DNA from: a bacterium
Lineage (GTDB): Bacteria > UBA8248
Length of the DNA: 64,000 nt
Assembly (NCBI GenBank): GCA_965219955.1
Contig: OZ244799.1
Coordinates: forward strand, 2,880,001 to 2,944,000
Reading direction: 5' to 3'
Part shown: in pieces, positions 48,922 through 59,215 of the stretch
How positions within the stretch are numbered: the stretch's first letter is position 1
Layout: every line of letters begins with the position of its first letter
Notes under the pieces: model-generated
What the model was told of the DNA's origin: nothing
Seen by the model: the letters and a program-made list of their open reading frames with translations, nothing else
Database searches by the model: none
Position numbers and translations under genes: made by a program

Positions 48922-51219
48922 ATGAAGTTCAAACACAAGTATATTCACAAGTTCTACGCTTTCGCGCTGGCGGCGGTTTTCGCGCTGACGCTGGCGGGCT
49001 GCGGCGGAGGCGGCGGTAGCGCCACGACGCCGGAACCGCCGATGACCGGCCCGACCGACGCCGAGAGAATAGCGGACGCGCAGACGGCGGCCATGACGGC
49101 GGCCGGAGTGGCTGCTGCGGCCCTGGCGGCCGTGGAAGCGAATCAATCCGCCGATCTCGATTCATACATCAGGGCGTCAATCGCGAACGATAACGCTCAG
49201 GCCGCCCTGGAGGCCGCGAATGCCGCCACGACCCCGGCGGCAGCGGAGGCCGCGCAGGCCGATGCGGAAGCCGCAAGTGCCGACGTGCAGAAATACGCCG
49301 GCATGGTCACGACCGCGCACAATGCGATGGAAGCGGCCAGAATGGAATTGATGGCGCTCAACGATGCCCGGGCAGCCGCCATGGAAGCCTACATGGACGC
49401 GAAGGCCGCGCTCGATGCGATCGCCGGTCAGGGTGACGCCGACTCCGCGTCATACGATATGGCTGTGGCCGCGCTGGCCGCCGCGTTGATGGCGAATGAT
49501 GCGGCCCAGGCCGCGGAAACGTCCGCGGACGCGGAAGCCGCTCAGGCCGATGCGGAAGCCGCGCTGGCCGATGCCATGAAATACGCCGGCATGGTGACGG
49601 CCGCGCACATGGAAGCGACTGCGCTCTCGACCGCGCAGGGGGCCGCCATGCAGGCGTACATGGACGCGAAAGACGCGCTCGCGGCCGCGGCGGCGAATCG
49701 TGATTCCGACCCGGCTTCCTACGATGCCGCTCAACGGGCTCTGGGTGTTGCGGAGGAAGCGAACATGGCTGCCCAGGCCGCCACCACTTCAGAAGCAGCG
49801 GAAGCTGCTCAAGCGGATGTGGAAGCCGCCAGTGCTAACGCTGTGAAGTATGCCGGCATGGTGAATCAGGCGAAGGCGGATGCGGATGCAGCTGCAGCTG
49901 CTGCCAAGGCGCGAGCGGCTGCCAACAAGATCGCAGGAACAAAAGAAGCAGCCATCTTAGCAGAAAGTGATCCCGATGCTGCCACTGCCGCCGCTAACGA
50001 TGTGAGGCCGTTTGATGGTGGCACCGCAATAGCAGATGGCACTACAACATCAGACCCAGCTGCTACCACCATGTATGAACTTACAGTTAAGCACGATGGA
50101 ACCATGTCAACTGTTGAAGTTCGTGACGAGAGGAACCTTCGTAAAGGCGACCCGAAGTTTTCCAGCGTGGCAAGGTTTGGCGATGGTCAGATGCTTGTCA
50201 GGGATAATAGTGGAACCAGTCGGGAGATCATCGTCCTGCACACGGATATAGAGGCTGATACCCCGACTGCGTTCTCCAAGGTTCATACTTTGGATGCAAA
50301 CGACGACCCGGACACCACTGTAGTGGATAACAAGTCATTGACTGTCGCGACTGGTGGTACTGTGACAACAGGTCTTTCAGTAGGGGATATTGATTTAGGC
50401 ATACCAGCACCTGGAGAAGATGCTACCTCAGAAAAAACATTCGCTGAGGACAATGGTGAAACACCAGCTGTCAATGAGGGTATGCACAGAGGCCGCTTCG
50501 ATGGTGCGATGGGAACATATCTGTGTGTCAATACTAACGGCTGTGTTGTAACAGTTGATGACGAAGGCAAAACCACAGCAGTGACGGGAACATGGACGTT
50601 CACTCCAGACGCCGGAGCCACGGTTGATGTTGCGGATGCTGACTACATGTACTACGGCTTCTGGCTGGACACCACAACCAAAGATGGTGCAATTGCTTCC
50701 TATGACACCGTTCAGACATTTGCTGGATCGCCCCTTGCTGCAACTAGTGCAACCCTTACTAGTGTGACAGGACAAGCGGATTACAAGGGCGGCGCTGCGG
50801 GTGTCTACGTCCACAACACGGTTAATCCAGATTCGACTGATGATGTTAAGTCATCTGGAAGATTTACCGCAGATGTGAATCTGAATGTACAATTTGGAGG
50901 CGCTCCTCCGAATCGTGTCGCAAATTCAATCAGGGGAAGCATCTCCAACTTTGTTCTGGAACACAACGAACCACAGAATTGGTTTGTCGATATTAGGTCG
51001 CAAGTAAGTGCTAGTTTTGGTCTTGACCAGACAAATACACGAGTCAGATCTGATGGGAACGACGGTTCCATTACAGCCCAGTTCCATGGTACAGCCGCTG
51101 ATATATCCGACGCTAACGATGGATCAGTTTTAGCTCCTCCGCCCGTTATTGTTGGCGAGTTCAACGCCACCTTCGACGACGGAAGCGCTGCCGGCGCGTT
51201 CGGCGCGCGGAAGCAGTAG
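48922..51219 (+). CDS. Surface lipoprotein: Ala-rich helical repeats plus TbpB-like C-terminal barrel
   Basis: AGGAGG RBS, lipobox LAGC followed by GGGGGS, three ~90-aa repeats ending KYAGMV, Y.GGAAG.Y motif and C-terminal GEFNA.F..G..AGAFGA. Confidence 0.85.
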   Translation: MKFKHKYIHKFYAFALAAVFALTLAGCGGGGGSATTPEPPMTGPTDAERIADAQTAAMTAAGVAAAALAAVEANQSADLDSYIRASIANDNAQAALEAANAATTPAAAEAAQADAEAASADVQKYAGMVTTAHNAMEAARMELMALNDARAAAMEAYMDAKAALDAIAGQGDADSASYDMAVAALAAALMANDAAQAAETSADAEAAQADAEAALADAMKYAGMVTAAHMEATALSTAQGAAMQAYMDAKDALAAAAANRDSDPASYDAAQRALGVAEEANMAAQAATTSEAAEAAQADVEAASANAVKYAGMVNQAKADADAAAAAAKARAAANKIAGTKEAAILAESDPDAATAAANDVRPFDGGTAIADGTTTSDPAATTMYELTVKHDGTMSTVEVRDERNLRKGDPKFSSVARFGDGQMLVRDNSGTSREIIVLHTDIEADTPTAFSKVHTLDANDDPDTTVVDNKSLTVATGGTVTTGLSVGDIDLGIPAPGEDATSEKTFAEDNGETPAVNEGMHRGRFDGAMGTYLCVNTNGCVVTVDDEGKTTAVTGTWTFTPDAGATVDVADADYMYYGFWLDTTTKDGAIASYDTVQTFAGSPLAATSATLTSVTGQADYKGGAAGVYVHNTVNPDSTDDVKSSGRFTADVNLNVQFGGAPPNRVANSIRGSISNFVLEHNEPQNWFVDIRSQVSASFGLDQTNTRVRSDGNDGSITAQFHGTAADISDANDGSVLAPPPVIVGEFNATFDDGSAAGAFGARKQ

Positions 51220-51489
51220 TTAACTGAAAGCAAGACGCCCTATGGCCTCCGGGGCCTGGCCCCAAGGCCGAGGCGGGCGAAGGAAAAGGAAGAAGAGTGG
51301 AAAAGGGGGTTGCCCGTTGGTTGCTTCCCTCGTGATAGAGCAAACTGTACCGCTCCTTGCTGTGAGTTTGAGTCCTCGAGCCGGGAACGGGAACAACGGG
51401 CAGCCCCTGTTTCGCGTTTCATGAAAGCAGCCGGCACCCCGACTCGGCCTGCACCTCGGGGAATGTGTCGCAGCAGTTCCCACACTCGG

Positions 51490-52270
51490 GGGTTTTTCAA
51501 CAACCCCTGAAAGCAGCCCTTCGAGGGGTGTCGGCCCTTTCCTCCACAGACCGGACGCGCTCGCCTCCCCGCCTTGAACGGCAACCCCCCTACCCCCCTT
51601 AACAGGGGGGTCTTTTTGTTGCTCCCCCCTGTCGAAGTGAAAGAATCAACTCCCCCCTTGAGGGGGAGTCGCAGAAGCCGAGCGGTTTGTGCGAAGGCTG
51701 ATGCGGTGGGGGGTAAAATGCGTTTTATCGCCAGTCCGAATTATACCCCCCACCGATTCGGTTTCGGGTTTACACCCTCACCTCATCGACTCCCCCTCAA
51801 GGGGGGAGTGAATTCCTTTCTAGTTGGTTGGCAAAAAGCCTCAAGGGGGGAGTTGATCTTGCTCGTTCATCGGGGTTTTTTTACCCCCCTGTTAAGGGGG
51901 GGTAGGGGGGGTTATTGCCTTGCCGAAGGGAGTGTAGGGGCCGCATATATGCGGCCCTGCCTTTTCGCCTTCACAAATGCGGGTCGCATATATGCGACCC
52001 CTACACACCGCTTCGTTTTTTCCAGCCAATCGAGCGGACACGCCGGACCCCGGACAGGTCGCGACCTGTCCCTACGTTCCGCGTATCAAGACGACCCGTA
52101 GGGGTCAGACATATATGTCTGACTATGTGTCCGCCCTGCCCTATGGGTCCCCCTCTGCAATCGATTCAATGCACGGATGCACATCCCCGGACAGGCACGG
52201 GGGCCTGTCCGCTACGCCCCCGCGTTTCGAAACGAACCTGCAGCAGGGCGGCTCTCTATGGCCGCTCTAC
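51490..52270. repeat. Repeat mosaic (F end, C, B 51649-51809, GTAG doublets)
   Basis: 51839-52075 is a direct homologue of 48027-48274. Confidence 0.88.
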
Positions 52271-52300
52271 CTCGTGAAACGTCCGATTCTCGTGCGAATG

Positions 52301-52777
52301 CTATTGTGAGGTGCGCCGTATGAGTTCCCTGAGCGCCTCGCTCTGGTCTGCAAGCGCCGCCATGGATTCGCGGTGCCGGTCTTTTTCCGCCTCGCTTTGT
52401 TCTGCGAGCGACGCCATGGATTCGCGGTGCCGATCTTTTTCCGCCTCGCGCTGGACGGCCAGCGCCGCCATGTGTTCGCGGTGCCGGCTGTCAATCCCCT
52501 CCATGGATTCGCGGTGCCGGCCTTCAATCACCTCCATGGATTCGCGATGCCGGCGATCCATCACCTCCATGGATTCGCGGTGACTGCGATCCATCGCCTC
52601 CATGGTTTCGCGGTGCTGGGCGTCCCGGTGACGCGCGGCCTGGCGCATGAAGTAGAGGCCATACGCGATCAGGGAGCACTGCGCGGCCCCGACGAGAGCG
52701 GCGACCCAAACGGAGGCCTGCTGCGCCGCGAGGGTGGCTTGCTGGATTGCGAGGGTTGCGGTTTCGAATTCCGTCAT
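52301..52777 (-). CDS. Membrane-anchored coiled-coil protein with HRESM repeats
   Basis: GGAG RBS; TM helix; 7 HRE[STH]M motifs spaced 11,11,11,11,18,18 aa. Confidence 0.8.
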   Translation of the reverse strand: MTEFETATLAIQQATLAAQQASVWVAALVGAAQCSLIAYGLYFMRQAARHRDAQHRETMEAMDRSHRESMEVMDRRHRESMEVIEGRHRESMEGIDSRHREHMAALAVQREAEKDRHRESMASLAEQSEAEKDRHRESMAALADQSEALRELIRRTSQ

Positions 52778-52929
52778 TCGTCTTTCTCCCACCAAAGTGT
52801 AGTGGGTCCTCTGGCGTTCTCCTTGAATCTAGCGAGGCGCCGCGCGCTTCGTCAAGCGTGGTCAAACGCTGGTGATGAACAAGGAATTGCGGTTATACGT
52901 AGAGACCGTTCATGAGAACGGTCCGGGGT

Positions 52930-53096
52930 CGCGGACCCCGGACAGGCGCGGGGGCGTGCCCGCTACGAAAACCGTAAAATCATAACGAACCCGTAGGGGC
53001 GGCCCTCCGTGGCCGCCCTGCCCTATGGGTCCCCCTCTGCAATCGATTCAATGCACGGACGCACGGCCCCGGACAGGCACGGAGGCCTGTCCCTAC
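52930..53096. repeat. GTAG-REP cluster
   Basis: 53013-53096 repeats 52131-52215. Confidence 0.85.
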
Positions 53097-54964
53097 GGTC
53101 TGCCCTGCCCGGCCTGCTCTCTTTCCATGTCCGCCGCGTCCCCGCCCTCGCTCTCATGCACGCTCTCCCCGCGATGCAGCCGGCGGGCGATGGTCGCGGT
53201 CTGGTGCCTGGCGCGCTGGGTCGGGGAATGCGCGGCGAGAAAGCGGGTCACGGCTATCAGGATGTGACCGCTTTCGGGCTCACCCGCCCACTCGCGGTAC
53301 TGCTGCACGCCCGCCTCGTACATCTGGAACATGTGAAAGCTCGCGTCCTCGCGCAGGAGCGCATGGCCGAGCGTCGCGATGATGCCTGCGGGGTCATGGC
53401 CCTGGCTCAAATACCGGGCGACCAGCCGCGCCGCCGGCTGGACCTGCTGCTGGCGGTCCATCGCATCGAGCAGGCCCTGGCGGAGCGCCGCCGCGTCCCC
53501 GGGGAGCCGGGCCAACGCCGCAGGCTCCTCCTCCGGCAGCCGGGCCGGGGGCACGTTGAGAAAGCGGTTCGTATAGACCGCCATGGCGCCGTGGAACACG
53601 CCGCGCACCACGTCGCCATGGGCCTCGGGCGGCTCCTCGCCCGCCGCGGTGATGCGCTTCAGAGCCTGATGCAATGCGTTGGCGTAGGTGAAGGCGTGAA
53701 GCGCCGCGTTCCAGTCGGAAAACTCGTTCGAGGTGCCGAAGCGCGCCACGCGGATCGCCGCCGCATAAGCGAGCGCGCGGGAGAGGTCCGTCGGCCGGGC
53801 GCCGGCGGCGATGGCAGCATTGATGGCGGCGATGATGGGCCCGGCCTCCTCGCCGAGGATGGCCCCGGCCAGCGCGCGGTGCTCCCGCCAGACGCCCTTC
53901 GCCTCCGCCCCCTTCCTGAAAAGCTTGGGCAGCCCGGCGAAGGCCGCTTCCAGGAGGGGCACCAGATCGAGCGGGTGGCGCCAGGCGTTCGCCTCCTCCT
54001 CGCCGCGCGCCGTCACCATGGTCTTGACCACCGTGGGCAGGATGGCCTCGGCGTGTCGCCAGCCGATGGCGTCGAGGCACTCCATCGCCTTGTTGATGAA
54101 ATCGAGGCTGTGGCCGCGATCGGCGTAGTAGCGATCGGTCTGTGCGGTGACCAGGAGCTCGGCGAGTTCCGCGGGCGTCGCACCGGCGGCGATCGCGGTC
54201 AGCACGGTGCGCTCCGCGCCGTCGCGGTGGCGCACCAGGGACCAGTGCCGGAGCCAGTCCCGCATGGTGTCCGCAGGCGGCGCGGCATCGGCCAGGGGCT
54301 TGCGGTCGCGGCGCGGCATCTCGCCGGCGCAGTCGCCGGCCACCTCGGAGATGCCCTTGAACAGCGCGAGATAGCGGTCGTCCTCATCGAGGGCCGGCAG
54401 CACGTTCGCCAGCGCGGCCAGAATCGTGGAACCGGCGCTCCAGTCGTCGCGGTTCCGCGCGCCGAACAGGAAGGCGTCGGCGAGGATATCGGCGTCCGCA
54501 ACGGATTGATCGAGCAGGCCGAGCACCGCCTTCCCGGACACCAGGTCCAGGTCGTGCGCCATGGCGTCGCCGAGCCGCGTGCGCCAGTAGTCGCCCTCGT
54601 CGGGATAACTGCAATCGGCCGCGACCCAGACCGCGTCGCCCCGCACCTCGACCCTGGCCCTCGGCACGTCGTCGGCCCACAGATCGAAGGTGCAACCGCT
54701 CTCGAGATCGAAGCGGGCGTGATGCCAGTGGCAGGTGAGGATGCCGTTCTCCACCGACCCCCGGTGGAGCGGGAAGCCGAGATGGGGACAGCGGTTGTCG
54801 AGCGCGTGAAGGCGGCCTCCCTCATACACCACGAGGATGGGATGGCGCCGGCCGCTCACCACTTTCATGCGCTCGCGCTTGAGCTCCTCCAGCGCGCCGA
54901 CACGAATGAAATCGCCCGCCTTTATCGACTTGCGGCGGGATTCCGGCTTGCGTTCCGTCATCAT
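53093..54964 (-). CDS. Rieske [2Fe-2S] domain protein with long helical C-terminal region
   Basis: CPHLG...CHWHHARF; His-rich motifs GHSLDF, HAFTYANA, FHMFQ, AAHSPT. Confidence 0.88.
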   Translation of the reverse strand: MMTERKPESRRKSIKAGDFIRVGALEELKRERMKVVSGRRHPILVVYEGGRLHALDNRCPHLGFPLHRGSVENGILTCHWHHARFDLESGCTFDLWADDVPRARVEVRGDAVWVAADCSYPDEGDYWRTRLGDAMAHDLDLVSGKAVLGLLDQSVADADILADAFLFGARNRDDWSAGSTILAALANVLPALDEDDRYLALFKGISEVAGDCAGEMPRRDRKPLADAAPPADTMRDWLRHWSLVRHRDGAERTVLTAIAAGATPAELAELLVTAQTDRYYADRGHSLDFINKAMECLDAIGWRHAEAILPTVVKTMVTARGEEEANAWRHPLDLVPLLEAAFAGLPKLFRKGAEAKGVWREHRALAGAILGEEAGPIIAAINAAIAAGARPTDLSRALAYAAAIRVARFGTSNEFSDWNAALHAFTYANALHQALKRITAAGEEPPEAHGDVVRGVFHGAMAVYTNRFLNVPPARLPEEEPAALARLPGDAAALRQGLLDAMDRQQQVQPAARLVARYLSQGHDPAGIIATLGHALLREDASFHMFQMYEAGVQQYREWAGEPESGHILIAVTRFLAAHSPTQRARHQTATIARRLHRGESVHESEGGDAADMEREQAGQGRP

Positions 54965-55140
54965 CCCTCCATTCCGCGCGGGGCGGGGAGGCTTCGCCGC
55001 CTCGTTCGTCCCCGAACGTCCGCATCACCCTACCGGCGGAACAGCTCCCCGGCAAGAGCAGGTTCTTCAGGCCATCCGCTCAGGGATGGTTTGCGCGCGG
55101 ACCAGGGAGACGGCGCGGACGGCGGGCACGGCGGAGGCGA

Positions 55141-55702
55141 ATTCCCTGACCCCCCTTAACGAGCCTGTTGAAAACCCTCTCCGCCTCATCCTGAGTAGCG
55201 GCCCCTCGACTTCGCTCGGGACAGGCTCCGCCGTTGCCCGACACCCTCATCCTGAGTAGGCGCGTAAGCGCCGTATCGAAGGATGCCCTGTCGCCACGGC
55301 GCGAGTTCCTCGCCCTTCGATACGCCGCCTTCGGCGGCTACTCAGGGTGAGGAAAGAGGCGTTGGCGGTTTGCGGGGATCGCTTTCCACCGAGGAGAATC
55401 CTAAATTCACTCCCCCCTTGAGGGGGAGTCGACGAGGTAAGGGCGAAGCCCGCAAGCGAGTCGGTGGGGGGACATGCCACGGATAAAATCTCCCCCCACC
55501 ACATCGGCCTTCGCACAAACCGCTCGGCCTCTGTCGGGCTTCCCGAGGGGAAAGCCCGACCCCCTCAAGGGGGGAGTTGATTCTTTTTTGCAGGAGGTTG
55601 TTTTTTTGCCCCCCTGACAAGGGGAGGTAGGGGGGGTTGCTTTTCCGGCGTCCCCTTCGACAAACGCAGAGACCCCGGACAGGCACGGGGGCCTGTCCCT
55701 AC
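55141..55702. repeat. Repeat mosaic (F end, E 55184-55352, B 55409-55577, C, GTAG)
   Basis: Partly an inverted homologue of 37450-38480. Confidence 0.88.
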
Positions 55703-55710
55703 GGTCTCCC

Positions 55711-56112
55711 CTACCCGGCCTGCTCCCGCTCCATGTCCGTCGCGAGATCCCGCTGGTCGACGAAATGCGTGTCCTCGTGCAGGTAGCCCGCGAAATTGTC
55801 CAGGCGGATGGGTCCGGCGGCCTCGAAGGCCACCGTGTCTTCGAGGTAGTCCGCCTGGTGCTCGGTGTGCGGCGGCACGTACCAGACGTCGCCCGGCTTC
55901 AGCACCGCCACCGGGTCGTCGCCCGCCTGGACGCGGGCGGAGCCGCTGATGAGGCAGAAAATCTGCTCCGCCTCGTGGTGGTGCCTGCGGGTGGAGTTCC
56001 CGCCTTTCGCGTGGATGTAGCTGATCATGCAGTGCTTCCCGCTCACGAGGCCCACTTCCACCCCCGGGAACGGCACCTTTACGGGCAGTTCGTCCCAATT
56101 CGTCACCGGCAT
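55711..56112 (-). CDS. Cupin domain protein
   Basis: H.H..EQ, L.PGD...VP....H; AAGGAG RBS. Confidence 0.88.
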   Translation of the reverse strand: MPVTNWDELPVKVPFPGVEVGLVSGKHCMISYIHAKGGNSTRRHHHEAEQIFCLISGSARVQAGDDPVAVLKPGDVWYVPPHTEHQADYLEDTVAFEAAGPIRLDNFAGYLHEDTHFVDQRDLATDMEREQAG

Positions 56113-56394
56113 TTTCGTCTCCTTTTTGTGAAACCAATCAGGCAAAGTTGACAGTATCTAAGAGTATAAATATACATGTCAAAACCACTTTCATTTACAT
56201 AATTCATCCGTTCAAGAAAAGAAATGTCAGAAACGGCAAATCCTTATGGTGCTCTGGAAGGGATTCGGGAAACAAGCGAGGTACGAGAGTGGATTCAGGA
56301 TTTCCAAAGAACGGACAGGAATCTTTATCGTAAAATCGAACTGGAAAAAGAAAAATCGGGAACTTATATACTATAGTGCCTGAAATGCCCGAAA

Positions 56395-56835
56395 CTATTT
56401 GGTCTTTTTGGTGGGAGTATCCACTACGATCTTTGCTCCACCGCGCGCGGTCAACACCTTGATAAGCAATTCATTTATCAACCTGATTTCGTCCTTGATT
56501 TCCTTCTCTATCAACCTGATTTCGTCCTTAATTTCCTTCTCCGCCTTGTCGATTTTCGTATCGAATTTCGTATCCAACTTGTCAATTTTCACACTCACCG
56601 CGCGGATGATATTTTTCAGGTCTACGATATCACCATCCAGCCTTTTGACTTCAACGTCCAGTTTGGTTTTCAGAGCAGTATTGCGAGCTATTTGGGTTGC
56701 ATCCTGCTGTGCGAGCGCCCACCTATTCGATGTGGACGATACAGTGATCACCCCCAGTATCACCAAGGCGCAAGTCCACAAACCAGCATGTTCTTTAATC
56801 CACTTGAGCCACTCACCCATCAGGTAGTCCCCCAT
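56395..56835 (-). CDS. Membrane-anchored coiled-coil protein, Bdr/KID-repeat-like, low GC
   Basis: TM helix; KIDKLDTKFDTKIDK; tandem EKEIKDEIRLI x2. Confidence 0.7.
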   Translation of the reverse strand: MGDYLMGEWLKWIKEHAGLWTCALVILGVITVSSTSNRWALAQQDATQIARNTALKTKLDVEVKRLDGDIVDLKNIIRAVSVKIDKLDTKFDTKIDKAEKEIKDEIRLIEKEIKDEIRLINELLIKVLTARGGAKIVVDTPTKKTK

Positions 56836-56926
56836 TTCGGTTACAAGTATTCGGGTTTTTCAGGGCAATGTCAAACCTGCTTTAGCGCCCGAAATGCCTG
56901 AAACCACTGGAACTATTGTATGTAAT

Positions 56927-57470
56927 TCCCCTGTTAGGGGGGCTGTTGAAAAAGGCCTACGGAGCGATTTTGGTTGAGCGCACGCTTTTGAAGTCCACTC
57001 CCCCCTTGAGGGGGAGTCGAGGAAGCCGAGCGGTTTGTGCGAAGGCTGACTCGGTGGGGGGAGGTTTACCCTGTGGCATGTCCCCCCACCGAATCGCTTT
57101 CGGGCTTACGCCCTCAGCTCTTCGACTCCCCCTCAAGGGGGGAGTGAATCCTCTCTCATCGGGGTTTTTCTTCCACCCCCTCCTCATGGGATAAAGGCAA
57201 CCCCCCTAGCCCCCCTTAACAGGGGGGTCTTTTTGTTGCTCCCCCCTGTCGGGGGGACCTTTTTTCTTTTACCCCCCTCGTCGGGCGTCGCCTTTTTATA
57301 CCCCCCTGTCAAGGGGGGGTAGGGGGGGTTGGTTTTCAAGCCGAGGGGAGACCGTAGGGACAGGCCTCCGTGCCTGTCCTAACGAAGGACAACCACGGAG
57401 GGTTGTCCCTACAATTCCTCGCGCGTCAATCGCGATTCACCCGTAGGGGAGGACCCGTGTGTCCTCCCAC
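56927..57470. repeat. Repeat mosaic (F end, B 56997-57145, C doublet, GTAG REPs)
   Basis: Matches modules at 37.6-37.8, 47.9 and 51.6 kb. Confidence 0.88.
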
Positions 57471-57485
57471 CGCATTCATATCCGC

Positions 57486-58394
57486 CTACACCTCCTGCAG
57501 CCTCCTCACGGCTTCGGCGGGCAGGGATTCGCCGCATGCGGCGTTCTGCACCGATTGCTCGGGCGTCCGGATGCCCGGGATCACGCAGCTTACGTTCTCG
57601 TTCGAGACGCAGAAGCGGATGGCCGCCTGGGCCGCCGAAATCCCGAGATTCTCCGCCACCTCGCGGGTGCGGGCGAGCTGGGTCTGGAACTTGCGGATGT
57701 TCTCGGGCGAGAGGATGCCCTTTCTCCGGTCGCCTTCGGCGAACTCGAACGCCTCGTCGATGCGGCCCGAGAGAAAGCCCCGCTTGAGCGGCACGCGGGA
57801 GATGACGCCCACGTCCGCCGCTTTCGCGCGGGCGAAGGCGGGCGCCGCCTCCTGGCTGATGACGTTGTACTCCATCTGCATGGTGGAGGGCTTGTCCTGC
57901 TCCGCGGCGAGGTTGCACTCCTCCACCGTGTTGATCGAAACGCCCCAGTGTTTGATCTTCCCGTCGTCCTTCGCCTTCTCGAGCAGCGCGTAGCTGTCCT
58001 CGGCCGCCATGTTGTCGACGTTCGGGTTGTGGAGCTGGTAGTAGTCGATAACGTCCATCCCGAGGCGCTTCAGGCTCCCCTCCAGGCAGCCCGCGATGTA
58101 TTCAGGCGTGAAATTGCGCGCGCCCGTCGACATGTCGTTCCCGCCCTTGGTGAAGATCAGGATGTCGGCGCGGTCTGCCCGCTCGTTCAGGAACTTGCCG
58201 ATGACGGTCTCGCTGTGGCCGGCGCCGTAGGCGTCAGAGGTGTCGATGAAGTTCATGCCGGCGTCGATTGCGGCGTGCAGCGCGCGGTTGGACTCGCCGT
58301 CGTCCACCGGGCCGAACACGCCGCCGATGGTCATGGCGCCGAAGCCGATGACCGTGACTTCGAGGCCCGTGCGTCCGAGTGTTCTTTTTTCCAT
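57486..58394 (-). CDS. Aldo/keto reductase
   Basis: LGRTGLEV..IGFG, FIDTSDAYG.GHSE, SLKRL..D.ID.YQLH. Confidence 0.93.
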   Translation of the reverse strand: MEKRTLGRTGLEVTVIGFGAMTIGGVFGPVDDGESNRALHAAIDAGMNFIDTSDAYGAGHSETVIGKFLNERADRADILIFTKGGNDMSTGARNFTPEYIAGCLEGSLKRLGMDVIDYYQLHNPNVDNMAAEDSYALLEKAKDDGKIKHWGVSINTVEECNLAAEQDKPSTMQMEYNVISQEAAPAFARAKAADVGVISRVPLKRGFLSGRIDEAFEFAEGDRRKGILSPENIRKFQTQLARTREVAENLGISAAQAAIRFCVSNENVSCVIPGIRTPEQSVQNAACGESLPAEAVRRLQEV

Positions 58395-58590
58395 TTTTTT
58401 CTCCAATAAGAAGGTAGAATTTCAACGATCCGGCGGGCTATTCCAGATAACCCTGAACCGATTCCGGAAAACAGTGATTGTACGGATGCGCGCGATGGCG
58501 GCTGCATCATAGCTTCCCCGCCGCGGGATGCGCAATCGAACCTGCTGATATGGGGGTTGTTGAAAAAGTCCTTGCAGGTCGGGCCAAATC

Positions 58591-58793
58591 ACTCCCCCCT
58601 TGAGGGTCTGGCTTCCCGAGGGGAAAGCCAGACGAAGAGCTAAGGGCGTAAGCCCGCAAGTGATTCGGTGGGGGGTATAATTTGGAATGGCGATAAAACG
58701 AGATTCACCCCCCACCGAGTCAGCCTTCGCACAAACCGCTCGGCTTCCTCGTCTGGCTTTCCCCTCGGGAAGCCAGACCCTCAAGGGGGGAGT
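58591..58793. repeat. Family-B element
   Basis: TIR ACTCCCCCCTTGAGGG / CCCTCAAGGGGGGAGT, with an extra hairpin inside both ends. Confidence 0.88.
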
Positions 58794-59030
58794 TGATATC
58801 CTCTTTCATCAGCCCTCATTCTGCCACAAGCCGCAACCCCGCCCTCTCGAAAACGCCCCGCAATTCCCCGCAATTGCCGTCACTCCCGAAACAGCGGACT
58901 GCGCTATCGTGCGCGCGACGCGGGAAAGGGGTTTTCCCCGGCGGATCGAGGCGCAGGAAGAGGAGGCTTTCTCATGGAATGCGGCGACGGGGCGAGAGTG
59001 AGGGCGACGAACCCCCCAACCCCCCTTGTC

Positions 59031-59215
59031 GGGGTTGTTGAAAAAGTCCTCCCGAAGAACGGAGGGAATCCCGATCATCGAATTGTTTACCGTAGGGACA
59101 GGCCTCCGTGCCTGTCCTGACGAAGGACAACCATTGAGGGCAGGACAGGCACGGAGGCCTGTCCCTACAAAACCATCGTACCCCCACCGCTTGAAACGAC
59201 TTTTTCAACAGACCC
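59031..59215. mobile_element. Family-F MITE inserted in a family-C hairpin, carrying a GTAG doublet
   Basis: GGGGTTGTTGAAAAAGTC ... GACTTTTTCAACAGACCC flanked by a TTGTC direct repeat. Confidence 0.78.

Noticed and set aside
48922-51219. Diversity-generating retroelement target
   Set aside because: No reverse transcriptase and no template-repeat copy in the window
52311-52915. Plus-strand repeat ORFs (SMDSRCR / LHGFAV)
   Set aside because: Antisense read-outs of the HRESM repeats; the minus frame has the RBS, the TM anchor and a paralogue
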